Positions 1 to 15,548 of a DNA stretch of 64,000 nt are shown in pieces (position 1 is the stretch's first letter; every line of letters starts with the position of its first letter). The notes beneath the pieces are model-generated. The model was not told where the DNA came from and ran no database searches. It was given only the letters and a program-made list of their open reading frames with translations. Source of the DNA: Octopus vulgaris (Eukaryota). Position numbers and translations under genes: made by a program. The DNA lies in assembly GCA_951406725.2 (NCBI GenBank), contig OX597835.1, positions 4,464,001 through 4,528,000 of the forward strand. Direction: 5' to 3'.

Positions 1-10
1 TTATTATTAT

Positions 11-325
11 CATTGATTTGACTCAGGTTCGTTCTTAATTCATGGAAGAACTTATGCTGATAGCATGTTACTAGCTGTAACCTTAGATATCCATAATCCT
101 TCAATAGTCTTTTAATTGCTTAAGACTCTTAAGACTCACCTGATAATCTCTCCTCTTCCTAAGGGCCAAACTTTCTGCAGAACTTCTACAGGGCATTCTG
201 TTCCAATCCCCTTCAAACTGTTGTCTATATATTTGCTTAGTTCCCAGGGCACCAATTATCATAGGCACTACCGTTACAGTTTTTATATTCCAAGTTCTTG
301 TAATTTCAAATCTTAAGGGATTGTG
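11..325 (-). mobile_element. 5'-truncated Dong/R4-clade non-LTR retrotransposon (ORF C-terminus remnant + 3' UTR) inserted in a (TAA)n tract
   Basis: Minus strand ~325-122 translates, with one frameshift, to NPLRFEITRTWNIKTVTVVPMIIGALGT/SKYIDNSLKGIGTECPVEVLQKVWPLGRGEIIR*VL. This matches the R4/Dong C-terminal pattern (EI..LW....V.VVP.VIGALG...LQK...LG...I.R.VL). It is flanked by TTA repeats at 1-10 and 345-423. Confidence 0.85.
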
Positions 326-356
326 TTATTATTTAAGGGATTCGTTATTATTTTTA

Positions 357-424
<68 letters not shown>

Positions 425-861
425 GTGGAACAATAGCCCTCAAAGCTATAAGATATTAGGTGTGCTTCGAGATCCATTGACGCCTCAAATAATTATTTCT
501 TGTTTTCTCGGTTTTTAAAAATTTTTTGTGACATCAACAACATATATGTGTAAATGTATATGTATGTCTGTGTGTGCGTGCCTCTGTGTGTGTGTGTGTG
601 TGTGTGCCCGACCGTGTATGTGTGTGTATTGTTTGCCTCCAAAGACGGTATATAATATGGTAGAAATAAAAATGGTGTATCCTTTGATACAACGTCGCAC
701 AACGTCGTATATTATGAAAAATTGAATAAGAATGGTTTTTTTAAAAAAATTATTTTACGTCGTTTAAAAATCGAAGACGATTTGTAATTATGGAATCATA
801 AAACTGGAAAATAATTATAAAAGAAAGTCATCCTTATTAATTTTTTTCATATATAAATACG

Positions 862-900
<39 letters not shown>

Positions 901-1099
901 ATATTTATTATATATGTATGTATATACATATATTTGTATATACATACATATATAATAAATATATATATATATATATATATATTTGTATATATGTATATAT
1001 ATATATTAATATATATATTTATTATATATGTATGTATATACATATATATGTATATAAATGTATATATATATACATATATATATATGTATGTATATAAAT

Positions 1100-1150
<51 letters not shown>

Positions 1151-1400
1151 TGTATATTTCCATTCAAATACACGTGTCTATGGAATACTCAACCACTTAC
1201 AATAAAAATTCAAGAGCAGAGAATTCAGCCTATCAAACAACTAAATTCTCATTGTCGGGCGGCAATGATCCTACGAAAAAACACATACAGACATAAAGGC
1301 TTAGGTACACACGCACGCGCGCGCACACAAAGACACACACACACACACACATCCTTGCACATGTACGTATCCCTGTTTTATTTATAGTATTGTGTATATA

Positions 1401-1633
1401 CAGGGATGGCCAAAAATCACCCGACAGTAAGTCAAGACCATTTAATTCCAAGATTTATTTATGTTTAACAACAGAATGAATTCAACAAAAACGTTTAGAT
1501 ATGAAACATCGTGAAAATTGTTTAAACTGAAGTCCTTCTCTGGTGACACATTTTCCCCTTTAAATCAATACAGAATTACAGATAGTATTTATGGAATTTT
1601 GGTTTACTATCAGGTGGCTTTTGACCAATCCTG
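1401..1633. mobile_element. Tc1/mariner-type MITE
   Basis: Imperfect ~30-bp TIRs (CAGGGATGGCCAAAAATCACCCGACAGTAA / TTACTATCAGGTGGCTTTTGACCAATCCTG), with TA on both sides (1399-1400, 1634-1635). Confidence 0.75.
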
Positions 1634-1693
1634 TATATTTACTAATGTACTATGTATATATTATGCATATAAAATACACACATATATCCATTC

Positions 1694-1711
1694 TGCCCCT
1701 ATGCTCCGTCG

Positions 1712-1765
<54 letters not shown>

Positions 1766-1783
1766 CGACGGAGCATAGGGGCA
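1694..1783. repeat. Perfect palindrome: 20-bp non-repetitive arms flanking a (TA)n core
   Basis: TGCCCCTATGCTCCGTCGTT-(AT)n-AACGACGGAGCATAGGGGCA. Confidence 0.95.
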
Positions 1784-1970
1784 AAGCAGTGTTTAGGTTT
1801 GGGCAGAGAGATGGCGACATTCAATAAACTGGATGTTTTGATGTCTTCACACCTTTTTACCATAAGAGGGATTTTACCTCCACCATATCTGCAGTTGAAA
1901 TATGTGACAAACATATTTCAACTAACCTAAATCCTGGTCATATATATATTATATATATATATCTGTGTGT

Positions 1971-2018
<48 letters not shown>

Positions 2019-2032
2019 ATGTATGTATATAT

Positions 2033-2127
2033 ATAGGGAGAGTTTACGAAAAAGACAAAAGACGAAGACAGGTGGTGTACAAAACAAACAGATGTATTAG
2101 TATAACGCTCAGGAATAGAAAAAGTCT
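2033..2127 (-). mobile_element. 3' fragment of the hammerhead-bearing element family seen at 19590-19770
   Basis: The reverse complement (TTCCTGAGCGTTATACTAATACATCTGTTTGTTTTGTACACCACCTGTCTTCGTC...CTCCCTAT) aligns with 19670-19766. It is embedded in (TA)n. Confidence 0.8.
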
Positions 2128-2691
2128 ATATATGTATATATATGTATATATATACATGTATATATATACGCATACATATATTTATACACACAACCACACA
2201 CACACACACACATACATATATATGTCTATATATGTACATATATGTATGTATGTATATATATATATGTGTATATAAACATATAAAATAGGCAACTATATAT
2301 AATTTCAGTCCATCATTCTATATCCAGGAGAATATGTTACAAACAGAGAGTTATCGGGGGATGAGCGAAAGACATGGCGATTTCAAATATATGGAGTGAG
2401 TGAAGGGAATTTCATAAATATCTCGAGATATCTCATATATCAAATAGACGGATATCATATGAATAGACTGGTATGATAGTAGGGAGCTGGTAGGCTTTGT
2501 GTGTGTGTGTGTGTGCATTTATATATAAATACACAGACATATATTTTAATATACTATATACATATATATATACATATATATATATATACACATGCATATA
2601 TAAAATATATTATATATATATATATGCACATATGCATGTATTTATGTATGTATGTACGTATATATATGTATATATATATATATGTATGTGT

Positions 2692-2729
<38 letters not shown>

Positions 2730-2894
2730 GGGGAGAAATGTAGACCCTGATACTAGGACCTAAATATTATATAAAGTATGAGAAACAAATAACTCAATAT
2801 TTTTTGTGAGTAGTTTTTTTTTGGCGTGAATATATGAAACCCTATTCTGTAGAAACTCATGACCCTGGCTATGAACAAACCTGCACACACACAC

Positions 2895-2934
<40 letters not shown>

Positions 2935-3454
2935 ATGTATATATCCATACGTACACATACACACGCATTTAATTTAATATATACTGTATTCAAATAAAAG
3001 CTACTGATAGTGATTTACCATTTAGAGACGTGATGAGGAAGGTTTTTATAAGATGCCTTCTGTCTCGAAGCAATGTTTGAGCTCTGAGCACATGGCTCAA
3101 AGCCTGGAGGGTGCTTGTAGATACAAGGCACTTCACAAAGCGCTGCCTGACCACGTGTCTTAATGGCTAGAAACTTAGTACCTTTCATTTTAATACAGGG
3201 TGCCTTAAATAATATTTTTCTCTCACTGGATGGAATACCTGTTTGTTGGTCTCACCTTAACCGAACAGTAAATTATAAACAAGCATATATGTCTATATAT
3301 ATATATATATACATACACTCATACCATTTGCTCCGCCGGATGCTCCTGAGTCAGTTGTTGAATGTCACACCTAGGAGGAATCGATGCTAGAGGTGTCGAA
3401 ACAATTGTGATTAATAATAAATTCTTGTATATTCCATCTCCCATATTTCATTTG

Positions 3455-3491
<37 letters not shown>

Positions 3492-3509
3492 ATACATACA
3501 TATGTTATT

Positions 3510-3772
3510 ACGGTTGTAGTTTTGATAAATAAATAAACCAACATTCTAATATCCTAAAGCTGATGAACCAACTAATGTGTTTCTCCATTTTTTTATTTGT
3601 AATATAAATTAATGGTAAAATATTTCTTTACCTTCACCCATTTAATACAATAAGTAAGTTTATGGCATTGCAATTAAAACACTGGTATATTAATAATTTG
3701 TGTCTTATACCAACAGTATATTGCATAAGTATTATCCCTTAGTGGGTTGGATCCACAACCACTAACTTACTC

Positions 3773-3775
<3 letters not shown>
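3510..3775 (+). repeat. Unclassified ~270-bp dispersed repeat (second copy at ~43630-43902)
   Basis: Shared blocks include TATAAATTAATGGTAAAATAT..TTCACCCATTTA and TATTATCCCTTAGT.GGTTGGAT.CACAACC.CTAACTT. Both copies end in (TA)n. Confidence 0.8.
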
Positions 3776-3822
<47 letters not shown>

Positions 3823-4045
3823 AAAACACAACAACGCGAGGACGTGGAACAAATTATATATATATATATATAAATTAGAAAAAAACCACCTTTTACCAAT
3901 TCAAGTTAGGAATAATATTCCCTCAAATTATTATATATATATATATATATATATAAAGTAATAAATACACACACAAACGCACGCGCAATTACGCGCACAC
4001 ACGCGCACGCACACACGCGCACGCACGCGCACACACGCACACGCG

Positions 4046-4086
<41 letters not shown>

Positions 4087-5015
4087 TCCTATATTGAAGG
4101 AAGGACCCAAAGTTTCCTGTGTGTCGGGGTTATGAAACGGTCCTTTTCATAAACGAACACCACGCACGTAACACGCAATCCCTGAGTCGTTATTGTAACT
4201 TTATACAAATAAACTATTATAAAATATATATATATATATATATACTCTTGTAATGAGCGCTATTAATCTTGTTTGTATGGACAAATGTTTAGATATACAT
4301 ACATGCACACACACACAGACATACACCCACATATGTATAGTTACATGTCTATGTTATAGCATGCATTACATTCTACAAAGAAATCTGTTATCACCACTTG
4401 CATTGTATATTATATATATGATATTGTTTAAAATGTTTATTCAATAATCAATTTGTTGTTATTTATCATGTATTCCATGCATAAAATATCTGCTGAATAA
4501 TAATCTATTGGATGTGGTAGATGTTATACAACAAAGATACAAGCCATTGTCATTTTGAAGTAATAATTTTTTTTAGCATTTTCTTGCCGAAAATTATATT
4601 TTAAGAATCTGTGTCAAAGCAGTATTTATGTGTACAAGTATTTTTATGCATATAAGCATATTTATAAATATAACCGCGCGTGTGTGTGTGAGTGTAGACA
4701 AAGCAGTATGCGTATGTATGTGCACGTATGAGTGTATGCGTTTGTTTGTTTGTGCGGGGTGGTGGGCATGTGTGTGTTCATGAAAAAAACTACGTGAGAC
4801 CACCATTCGACCGACTGTATGTCAGGGTGTAAAGGCTTGGATGTATACAACTCGTCCGACATAATCATTTGTTTTAACAAGAAGGAAATTTAATATTCAA
4901 ATGAAACTTAAACACTTTATCGCAACTTAGTACAATATGCATACGTTCAGTACAAATATATATATATATGGGGAGGGGGTGTTTGTGTGTGTGTGTGTGT
5001 GTGTGTTTTCTATTA

Positions 5016-5367
5016 TTTTTTCTCTTGTTTCAGTCGGCTGTGGCCATGCTGGAACACCGCCTTTAGTAGAACAAATCGACTCCAGAATTTATTCTTTGTA
5101 GTAGTTGTTCTATCGGGCGAAGACACACCGACATCGGTGTCAAGTGATTGTGTGAGGGGAGGGAGGACAAACACACACACACATACACACACATACACAT
5201 ACACACACACACACACACGCGCACACACACACACATACAACGGGTTTCTTTTAGCTTCCATCTACCAAATCCACAAACAAGTCTTCGTTCGGTCCGAGGC
5301 TATAGTAGAAGACACTCGCCGAAGGTGCCACACAGTGGGACTGAACCCGGAACCATGTGGTTGGGAA
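5016..5367 (-). mobile_element. tRNA-headed SINE family A (degenerate)
   Basis: Reverse complement matches the full copies at 61423 and 63124, with an internal (CA)n tract. Confidence 0.85.
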
Positions 5368-5401
5368 TGCGCCAACAAGAGCAAATAAGTGCGATATGTA
5401 C

Positions 5402-5530
<129 letters not shown>

Positions 5531-5624
5531 GGTCCCGGGTTGATTCGGGGTTAACCACAGTAAATAAGGTACTCAATACATAGTGCAGAGTAAAAATAAT
5601 TTATTATATAGAAGGAGATATATA

Positions 5625-5685
<61 letters not shown>

Positions 5686-5715
5686 GATTTTATTAAATCT
5701 GGAAAATTGTCACAA

Positions 5716-5792
5716 GACTGGTACTCAGAGTTTCGGTTCCCGTTCGTCGGACAGTCGAGATGAACGGGAACGTGAAACTCTGAGTAACAGTC
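5716..5792. ncRNA. Head-to-head pair of minimal type I hammerhead ribozyme motifs
   Basis: Minus 5756-5716: GACTGT CCGACGA ACGGGAACC GAAA CTCTGAG TA CCAGTC. Plus 5759-5792 (5'-truncated): GATGA ACG-GGAA-CGT GAAA CTCTGAG TA ACAGTC. Same family as 54149-54340. Confidence 0.6.
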
Positions 5793-5873
5793 ACGTGATG
5801 ATTTTGCAGCGTTAATAAAAATCCTGTTACTCTACGTTTGAAGGTATATTTTAATATGCTGGCCATTGATAAG

Positions 5874-5940
<67 letters not shown>

Positions 5941-5946
5941 TGTATG

Positions 5947-6009
<63 letters not shown>

Positions 6010-6058
6010 ATATATATATATATATATATAGGCATATGCTAATATATGTATGTGTGAA

Positions 6059-6289
6059 GGCGACGAGCTGGCAGAAGCGTTAACACGCCGGGCAAAATGC
6101 TTAGCTGTGTTTCGTGTTCCGTTACGTTCTGAGTTCAAATTCAACCGACGTCGACATTGCCTTTCATCCTTTCGGGGTCGATTAAATAAGTACCAGTTAC
6201 GTATTATGTTTGATGTAAACGACTTGATCCCTTTGTCTGTCCTTGTTTGTCCCCTCTACGTTTAGCCCCTTGCGGGCAATAAAGAAATA
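6059..6289 (+). mobile_element. tRNA-headed SINE family B, full length
   Basis: GGCGACGAGCTGGCAGAA (A-box-like), GAGTTCAAAT (B-box-like), central GCCTTTCATCCTTTCGGGGTCGAT..AAGTACCAG and a tail ending AATAAAGAAAT. Matches 49274-49500. Confidence 0.88.
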
Positions 6290-6739
6290 ATATATGATTG
6301 TGTGTGTGTGTTGTGTATATACATATATATACATACATATAGACACCTATACACAATTATGGATATGTACATGAACATACTGACATAAGCATGTATGTGT
6401 ATATATATCCATATAGAAATACATGTAGGCATTTACAACACCATAAAACGCATTATAAATATATATATATATATATACACAAACACACAGACACAAGCAC
6501 ATATTGTGTCACATACACACCCACACACACATCAATAACCGGAATATGTTGCCTGACACTTCTCCAAATTCATTACATTATGTAAATAGATAAATTTACA
6601 TAATCTGTCTATAATAGATTTACGGACTTGTATCTGCCAGGCGAACGATTTGATCTGAGAGAGTGTGGTGAAACAATTTCATGAAAATATATCTATATTA
6701 CATGAAAACAAATACATATGTACTTTGACATATATATAC

Positions 6740-6824
<85 letters not shown>

Positions 6825-7075
6825 TGTACATACATACACACACACATATATATAGAAATATATATATATATGTGTGTGAGTGTATACGCACACACACGAC
6901 TCTTTATTTTCTTTGCAGGATTATTTATGTGAATGTGTGTGTTTAAACACGTCCTGTTATGCTTTGTTATGTTTTGGGCAATCGGTTGACAATTAATGAA
7001 CTATAAAGAAGTGATTTGAACCTGTGCGTGTGTTTATTATTATTATTGGCGTAATGACGCTCAGAAGACGAAACA

Positions 7076-7224
<149 letters not shown>

Positions 7225-7377
7225 GGGATAGAGAGAGTTTCAACACACTGACACGTGAATATGCAGCCATAAACTGAAGTCGATACAAATTTTGCAAAAT
7301 CTTTTAGTTTTCCATAGTTATAAAAAATACTACCACAGACAAATGTACATATAAACTTCACTTAAACACACACACAC

Positions 7378-7419
<42 letters not shown>

Positions 7420-7669
7420 GGTATGCATGCATCCATAAATACAGATATAGTATGCATCATACATACATTTATACATATACGCAACATGTACCCGTCTTCA
7501 TATGCACAGTGCATACATAGATGTATAAGTACTCACTCTTGTGTGTGCACGTCTTGGTACATATGTACAGGTCTATGTGTATGCATGTATATTATTATAT
7601 TAGTGTCATACTTCCAATCTTACACACACGTGTGTATATGTAAGTGCATACATAAACACGCGCACACAT

Positions 7670-7739
<70 letters not shown>

Positions 7740-8254
7740 ATTTATATATAGAATTCCACTACTCTAAAACGTATTTCTCTCTCTCTTTCTCTTTCCCCAC
7801 ACACTCACTCACACACACACACAGACATACATTTACGTACATACATGTATACATGTGTATATGCACATATATATAATTATGGTTATATTTCTCTAATAAC
7901 CATATGAATGTGTATATATGTGTGTGTGTATATATATACAATGAGTGTTTAAACCTTGCTGAATCACGTTATGTACAGCATAATGGTCACTCATCCACGA
8001 TGGTTTCTTTTATGATATATTCATGGCCACCTCGCTGAGGAGAGCTTTATACAGATTGCAAAGGTTTATATGGAGTTTGTAGAAGAAATTTTCCAGGTAA
8101 CGCATAAGAAATGAGGATCGATCGCGGTGAAAAATAAAGTGACATTTTCTATATTTCTATGTGATGTCTGTTTAAATCGTGTCAGGTAGGCAGGGTATAT
8201 GTAATGGAATTTTGAAGGGGACGAATAGCATCAGAATGTGACATACATATTTAT

Positions 8255-8315
<61 letters not shown>

Positions 8316-8344
8316 CTATAGAGAGATATGTATGTATGTATACT

Positions 8345-8381
<37 letters not shown>

Positions 8382-8565
8382 CAATAATAATTCTCTAAAT
8401 GAGATATAGTCTGTTCGACAATGTTTATATATGTATGTATATATACATATGTTTTCATATATATATATATATATATATATTGGGACTTAGCGCAACTAGA
8501 GCACTTTGATTCTAGCCTGCTTCTAAGTATTGTTAAAGTTAACAATCTCTACTTAAAATTGCACA

Positions 8566-8608
<43 letters not shown>

Positions 8609-9014
8609 CACACACATATATAGAGATCAGTATGTATATCGATCTATCTATCAATCTATCTATCTACCTACCTATGTATGTATGTACGTATGTATGTATG
8701 TATGTATGTATGTATGTATGTATGTATGTATGTATGTATGTATGTATGTATCTATCTATCTATCTATCTTTTTATTATGTCCACACAGGGCTAAACATAG
8801 AAAATAGACGAGTATGTATGATTAGAAACATGTTGGTAACTCCAGGGTTGTGAGATATATAGATAGATATACACACACATACATGCATACAAACATCTTC
8901 GTCTTGTAGGGATTAAATATTTATATATATATAGACACACACACATATATATCTATATACATATATACATACATTCATATATCCATATACATAAATACAT
9001 ACATACATACATAT

Positions 9015-9394
<380 letters not shown>

Positions 9395-9578
9395 TATATA
9401 TTCATATATACATATATATGCATATATATGCATATATATGCATATATATATATACATACATATATATACATATATATGTATGTATATATATATACATATA
9501 CATATATATATATATATATATATATGCATATATATATACATATATATATATGCATATATATACATATATATAGATATA

Positions 9579-9663
<85 letters not shown>

Positions 9664-10019
9664 ATGTGTATATATATACATATATACATATATCCTTGCA
9701 CTTCTAAAAAAATATATTTGCAGATATCAATCTTAAGAATACTTCACATTTTATTTCCAAATTGATTCGACCTCTTAATTTATGAACCGTTTGTGTTATT
9801 TACTTTGTAGTATATAATATATTTGACATATTTTCAACTGGGTACGCCCTTCTCCACATTGAATACGCAAACACATTCATTAACGCATGCACAAGTAGGC
9901 CCACTCGCGGCCATAAATAGCTACATGTGAATGTATGTATTTATAAACAAGTATGTATAATATATACATATATGTGTGTGTGTGTGTATATATATATATG
10001 TATGTATATATACAATATA

Positions 10020-10086
<67 letters not shown>

Positions 10087-10107
10087 TATATGTATATATG
10101 TATATAT

Positions 10108-10325
10108 ACTCTTTTACACTTTTAATTTGTTCAGTCATTTGACTGTGGCCATGCTGGAGCACCGCCTTTCATCGAGCAACTCGACCCCGGGACTTATTCT
10201 TTTGTTTGCCCAGTACTTATTCTATCGGTCTCTTTTGCCGAACCGCTAAGTAACGGGGACATAAACACACCAGCATCGGTTGTCAAGCAATGCTAAGGGG
10301 ACAAACACAGACACACAAACACACG
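10108..10325 (-). mobile_element. SINE family A, 3' half
   Basis: Reverse complement of GCTTGACAACCGATGCTGGTGTGTTTA...GGCGGTGCTCCAGCATGGCC.CAGTCAAATGACTGAA. Confidence 0.88.
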
Positions 10326-10327
10326 CA

Positions 10328-10391
<64 letters not shown>

Positions 10392-10417
10392 AATACATAT
10401 ATCTTAAAATATATTTA

Positions 10418-10467
<50 letters not shown>

Positions 10468-10693
10468 TATACACACGTGTGTGTGTGTGTGTCCTTGAGT
10501 TTTGCTCCAATACAGTATATTCAAGAATTCATACAAACAATGGCACCAGTGCTGAATGGATGAAGTTGCGACATCACGTTCAGTGTACTCATATTGTTTT
10601 AGTGTTCCACTAAAAATAAAGCAACATCTTTGGTGCTAGTATTTTCCTATACAAATATTTGCGTACTCATACACTCAGACACACACACACACT

Positions 10694-10745
<52 letters not shown>

Positions 10746-10838
10746 CATATATATATATATACGTATATAGGTATGGCAATGGTGGTGCCCCAGCATGATC
10801 GCAGCTTTAGAGCTGAAGTAAGTTAAAGAGTTAAGGAG

Positions 10839-10890
<52 letters not shown>

Positions 10891-11379
10891 TCACACACAC
10901 ACACATACAGACCATACATACATATATATACATATGCAAATGCAAGCATGCGTGCATTTGCCGCCGATGCGACAATCAGTCTCGGTGCCTGTGGTCATAT
11001 AATGATCCATACACATTATCGTTTGTATATGAATTTGTGTGAGGACTTACATATGTAATGTATGTATATCCACATACGTGGGTGCCCTAAGGAGAAGATT
11101 GTATGTGTGTGTGTGTGTATTTGTAAGTGTAAGTAAACGGCAAAGTATATGAATAAATGGCGGATTTTCTTTTAAGCAAAATGTCCCCTTGTCACGTGTT
11201 TTCCTGTTTCTAACAAATATTATCTCCTCTCTCATATTTCGGTTCCCAATTCCTAAGGTCAAATCCATGTACACACATACACACACACATACACACATAC
11301 ATACATACATACATACATACATACATACATACATACATACATACATACATTGTTGCCCACTCTTAATTTTTCTTTTATT

Positions 11380-11607
11380 GTTGAAGTTCTTTCGGTCATT
11401 AGACTGCACCTTTGCTTGTGTACGGCCTTGAAGTGTCTGTAATCAAAAGAATTAACTCTAGTATTTATTTTTTTTAAATCTGGTACTTATTTTATTGGGC
11501 TATTTTGCCGGACCGCTATGTTGCGAAGTGGTAAACAAACCGACACAACTTGTTAAACGCTGGAAGGAGACAAGTATCAAGAAACACATATGTAGATATA
11601 TACATAT

Positions 11608-11642
<35 letters not shown>

Positions 11643-11835
11643 CATATATACACACACACGCACGCACGCACTCACACACAATGGATTTCTTTCAGCTTCT
11701 ATCTATCAGATTCACTTATAAATCTTTGGTCGGCCCGGGGCCGTAAGAGACAGCTGCTCAATGTTCCACGCTATGTGACTGAACCTAGAACCATGAAGGT
11801 GGGAATAAAATCCCCTACAACGCAGCCTTACTTGC
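11380..11835 (-). mobile_element. SINE family A, old degenerate copy
   Basis: Collinear but diverged match to the family A head, body and tail, with an internal (CA)n. Confidence 0.65.
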
Positions 11836-12578
11836 GATAATGTCAAAATGAACTGTGTACCAGTAATATACTCGTGTAGATACAATGAAGTAAATTTCTA
11901 CCTTTACCAGTTTTGCCTTGCTCTGGATTATCGAATTAATCTCTCTTCTAATTCTTAGGCTAATCTCCTGTTCTTTACGCCATCCTTGCACAGGTGCCAG
12001 ATCAAAGCTGTTCCGACCACGACTATCTCCTCTTTATTCACACTTATTTTAACAAAAACTCAATTTTCTAGGGTAACCCTTCCTCCTTCAATGCGGTAAT
12101 AAGTGAAACGGGTCACATATGGCTGTAGTTTCGACTAGATTAAGCGTCCATGTAGAGGTTTTATACTGGTTAACCCCAATGCAAAATGTGAATCTTCATT
12201 CTTCAAAACTTTTGGCTGGGATTGAGACAAAATGTGGTTACTGTTCATTTGTCGAAACTAGTAAACAATTTTACGACCAAAACCCAGAACATATTATTAA
12301 ATCTGATATTTATCGATCACTGTTTCACGAAAGGCTAGGGTACGGAAGAGAGTAACGGCATCATCTTTTAGTGATGTCAACATACAAACTCTATCACAGA
12401 CATAACATACTATCATGTACATCAGTACCCAAACACATGCATGTATGTATGTATGTATGTATGTATGTATGTATGTATGTATGTATGTATGTATACAATA
12501 TGCATGTATATACATACATATATGTCTATATGTGTGCGTTATTAGACATATATATGTAAATGTGTGTATATTAATATG

Positions 12579-12621
<43 letters not shown>

Positions 12622-12724
12622 TTATATATATGTATATATATACACACATACACACATACACAAACACACACACACATACACACATACACAAACACATACA
12701 CACACACACACATATATATATATA

Positions 12725-12774
<50 letters not shown>

Positions 12775-12791
12775 CACACAAATACACACAT

Positions 12792-13172
12792 ACTCTTTTA
12801 TTTGTTTCAGTCCTTTGACTGCGGCCATAGTGGAGCACTGAATTTAGTCGAACTAATCGACCCCAGGACTTACCCATTATAAGCCTAGTACTTATTCTAT
12901 CTGTCTCTTTTGTCAAACTGCTATGTTTCGAGGGCATAAGCATAACAACATCGGTTGTCAAGCGATGGTGGTGGCGACATACAAAGACCCAAAGATAATC
13001 ACACATAAATATATACACGACAAGCTTCTTTCAGTTTCCGTCTACCAAATCCACTCACAAGGTTTTGGTCAGTCCGAGGCTATAGTGGAACACACATGCC
13101 CAAGGTGCCACGCAGTGGGACTGAACCCAGAATCATGTGGTTGGGAAGCAAGTTTCTTACCACACAGCCACA
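12792..13172 (-). mobile_element. SINE family A, near full length
   Basis: Reverse complement begins TGGCTGTGTGGTAAG..GGTTCAGTCCCACTGCGTGGCACCTTGGGCA and ends GACTGAAACAAATAAAAGAGT. Confidence 0.9.
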
Positions 13173-13355
13173 CTTGTGTGTGTATATATATAATATATAT
13201 ATTTATATATATATATATCATATACATACATATATCTACACACACACATATATATGCATGTAAGTATGTATGTATATATGATGTTATTTCATGTAAATAA
13301 TGTGTGCGTCTGAACGTATGAATGTGGTGTGTGTGTGTGTGTGTATATATATATG

Positions 13356-13406
<51 letters not shown>

Positions 13407-13836
13407 GTATGTATGTGTGTGTTGTGTGTGTGTGTGTGTGTAAATATACATATGCATATAATAGATATATATACAGATATACACAGATAGGTGAGTAGAT
13501 ATATACATGCATAGATATATATAGGTGTGTATAATGTACTTATTTACAAAAATATCTCAGAAATAAATATGTCTCATTATATATCCTCTCATTCGTGTGC
13601 GAAGGTGTGTGAATGTGTATACATATCCATACATGTACATATTAATATATATTGTATATACGCTTCATTAATTTCTTGTAGGGATACAATCCTAATATAT
13701 TACGTATTATATTAAAGGCTTTATAAGTCATATATATATATATGTATGCATATATATATAAAACACACACTCAAACACATACACACACACATATATGTAT
13801 GTATGTATATATATATGGATATATATATATATATAT

Positions 13837-14066
<230 letters not shown>

Positions 14067-14206
14067 TAGAATGCAGAATTCATAAAGCTTCGGAGAAAAA
14101 TATTTAATGTTTCTATGTATATATATATATGAACTTCCGATTTTCCGTATGCCTTCGGACACGTATTTGTGTGTTTGTGTGTGCGCGTGTGCGTGCGTGC
14201 GTGTGT

Positions 14207-14250
<44 letters not shown>

Positions 14251-14354
14251 ACTTCCATTTACTAACACAATTCACTAAAGAACTAATCAAAACCCGGCAA
14301 TAAAATTCTTGCAGTGAGAGAATGGACAGAAATGAAAGATGGCTGTAGTGATGA

Positions 14355-14410
<56 letters not shown>

Positions 14411-14432
14411 GTAGTAGTAGTAGTAGTATTAT

Positions 14433-14470
<38 letters not shown>

Positions 14471-14471
14471 A

Positions 14472-14510
<39 letters not shown>

Positions 14511-14545
14511 CAGCAGCAGCAGCAGCAGCTATAATAGTAGTAGTT
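14355..14545. repeat. Compound (ATT)n-(AGT)n-(AGC)n microsatellite
   Basis: Direct reading. Confidence 0.97.
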
Positions 14546-15492
14546 ACATCTTTATCTTAACAAAAACACTACCGTCACTACCCTCACCACTACCACCAAG
14601 TGTCATCTGTTGTGATATTGACCGGAATGAATCGACCCCAGTTTGCCACTGGTATTTAATGAAAAATGAAAGACGGTAGTGTTTGGTCATGAAGGATTTA
14701 CATGCTAGTCGAGTAACCAACTTTGGCTCGTTATATAATCTACAATGAAGACGGCTTTGGAAATTTTTAGGTTCAAATCATTGTTGAGAGTTGAATTTTT
14801 AAACTTCTAGCTTTGACTCGGGGCCACAAATATGGGGCTCAGAGTGTATTGTGCAGTATGTGCAATATAAAAATGTATCATAAAGAAATAATGATATAAT
14901 ATTTTAACATTATATACCATGCTACACTATATATATATATAATATTATATAATTTAGTTTATAGATACAGGTAAGCCGTTCCACGCAAGAATGTGTGACA
15001 TGGCCGCTTGTACCATGCTTTCGTGAATTATTTTAGGGGCTTATGAATGTTGTGAGCAGGTATAAATCCCATTCGGGCCTCATACATGTGACCTGATGGA
15101 GCCTGAAAATTATATAAATATATATAAAATTTTTAAAAAACCACCTTCTAGAAAATTACATATAATAGAAATATTAAATATAAAATATTTAATATTTTAA
15201 TATAATAAATATTATACTTCATTTTCTAGGTGGTGTAATTTAAGTGTTCATTTTGAATTGATAAAAAGTGGTTTTTTCTAATTTTTTATATACATGTTAT
15301 ATTTTGTGAAGTTAGGAATTTATTACCTCAAATTAAATATATGTATGTATGTATCTATGTATGTATGAGTGTATACATCTATCTATCTATCTCATCTGTG
15401 TGCAGCCCTGTGTGGCCAATAAAGAAACTTATCTATCTATCTATCTATCTACCTATCTATCTATCGATCTATCTATCTATCCCTCTATCTAC

Positions 15493-15548
<56 letters not shown>

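Noticed and set aside
14965-14970. 6-nt microexon (TTTATAG|ATACAG|GTAAGC)
   Set aside because: It has a weak pyrimidine tract, no clear branch point, and appears to lie in a TA-embedded repeat. It is likely chance.
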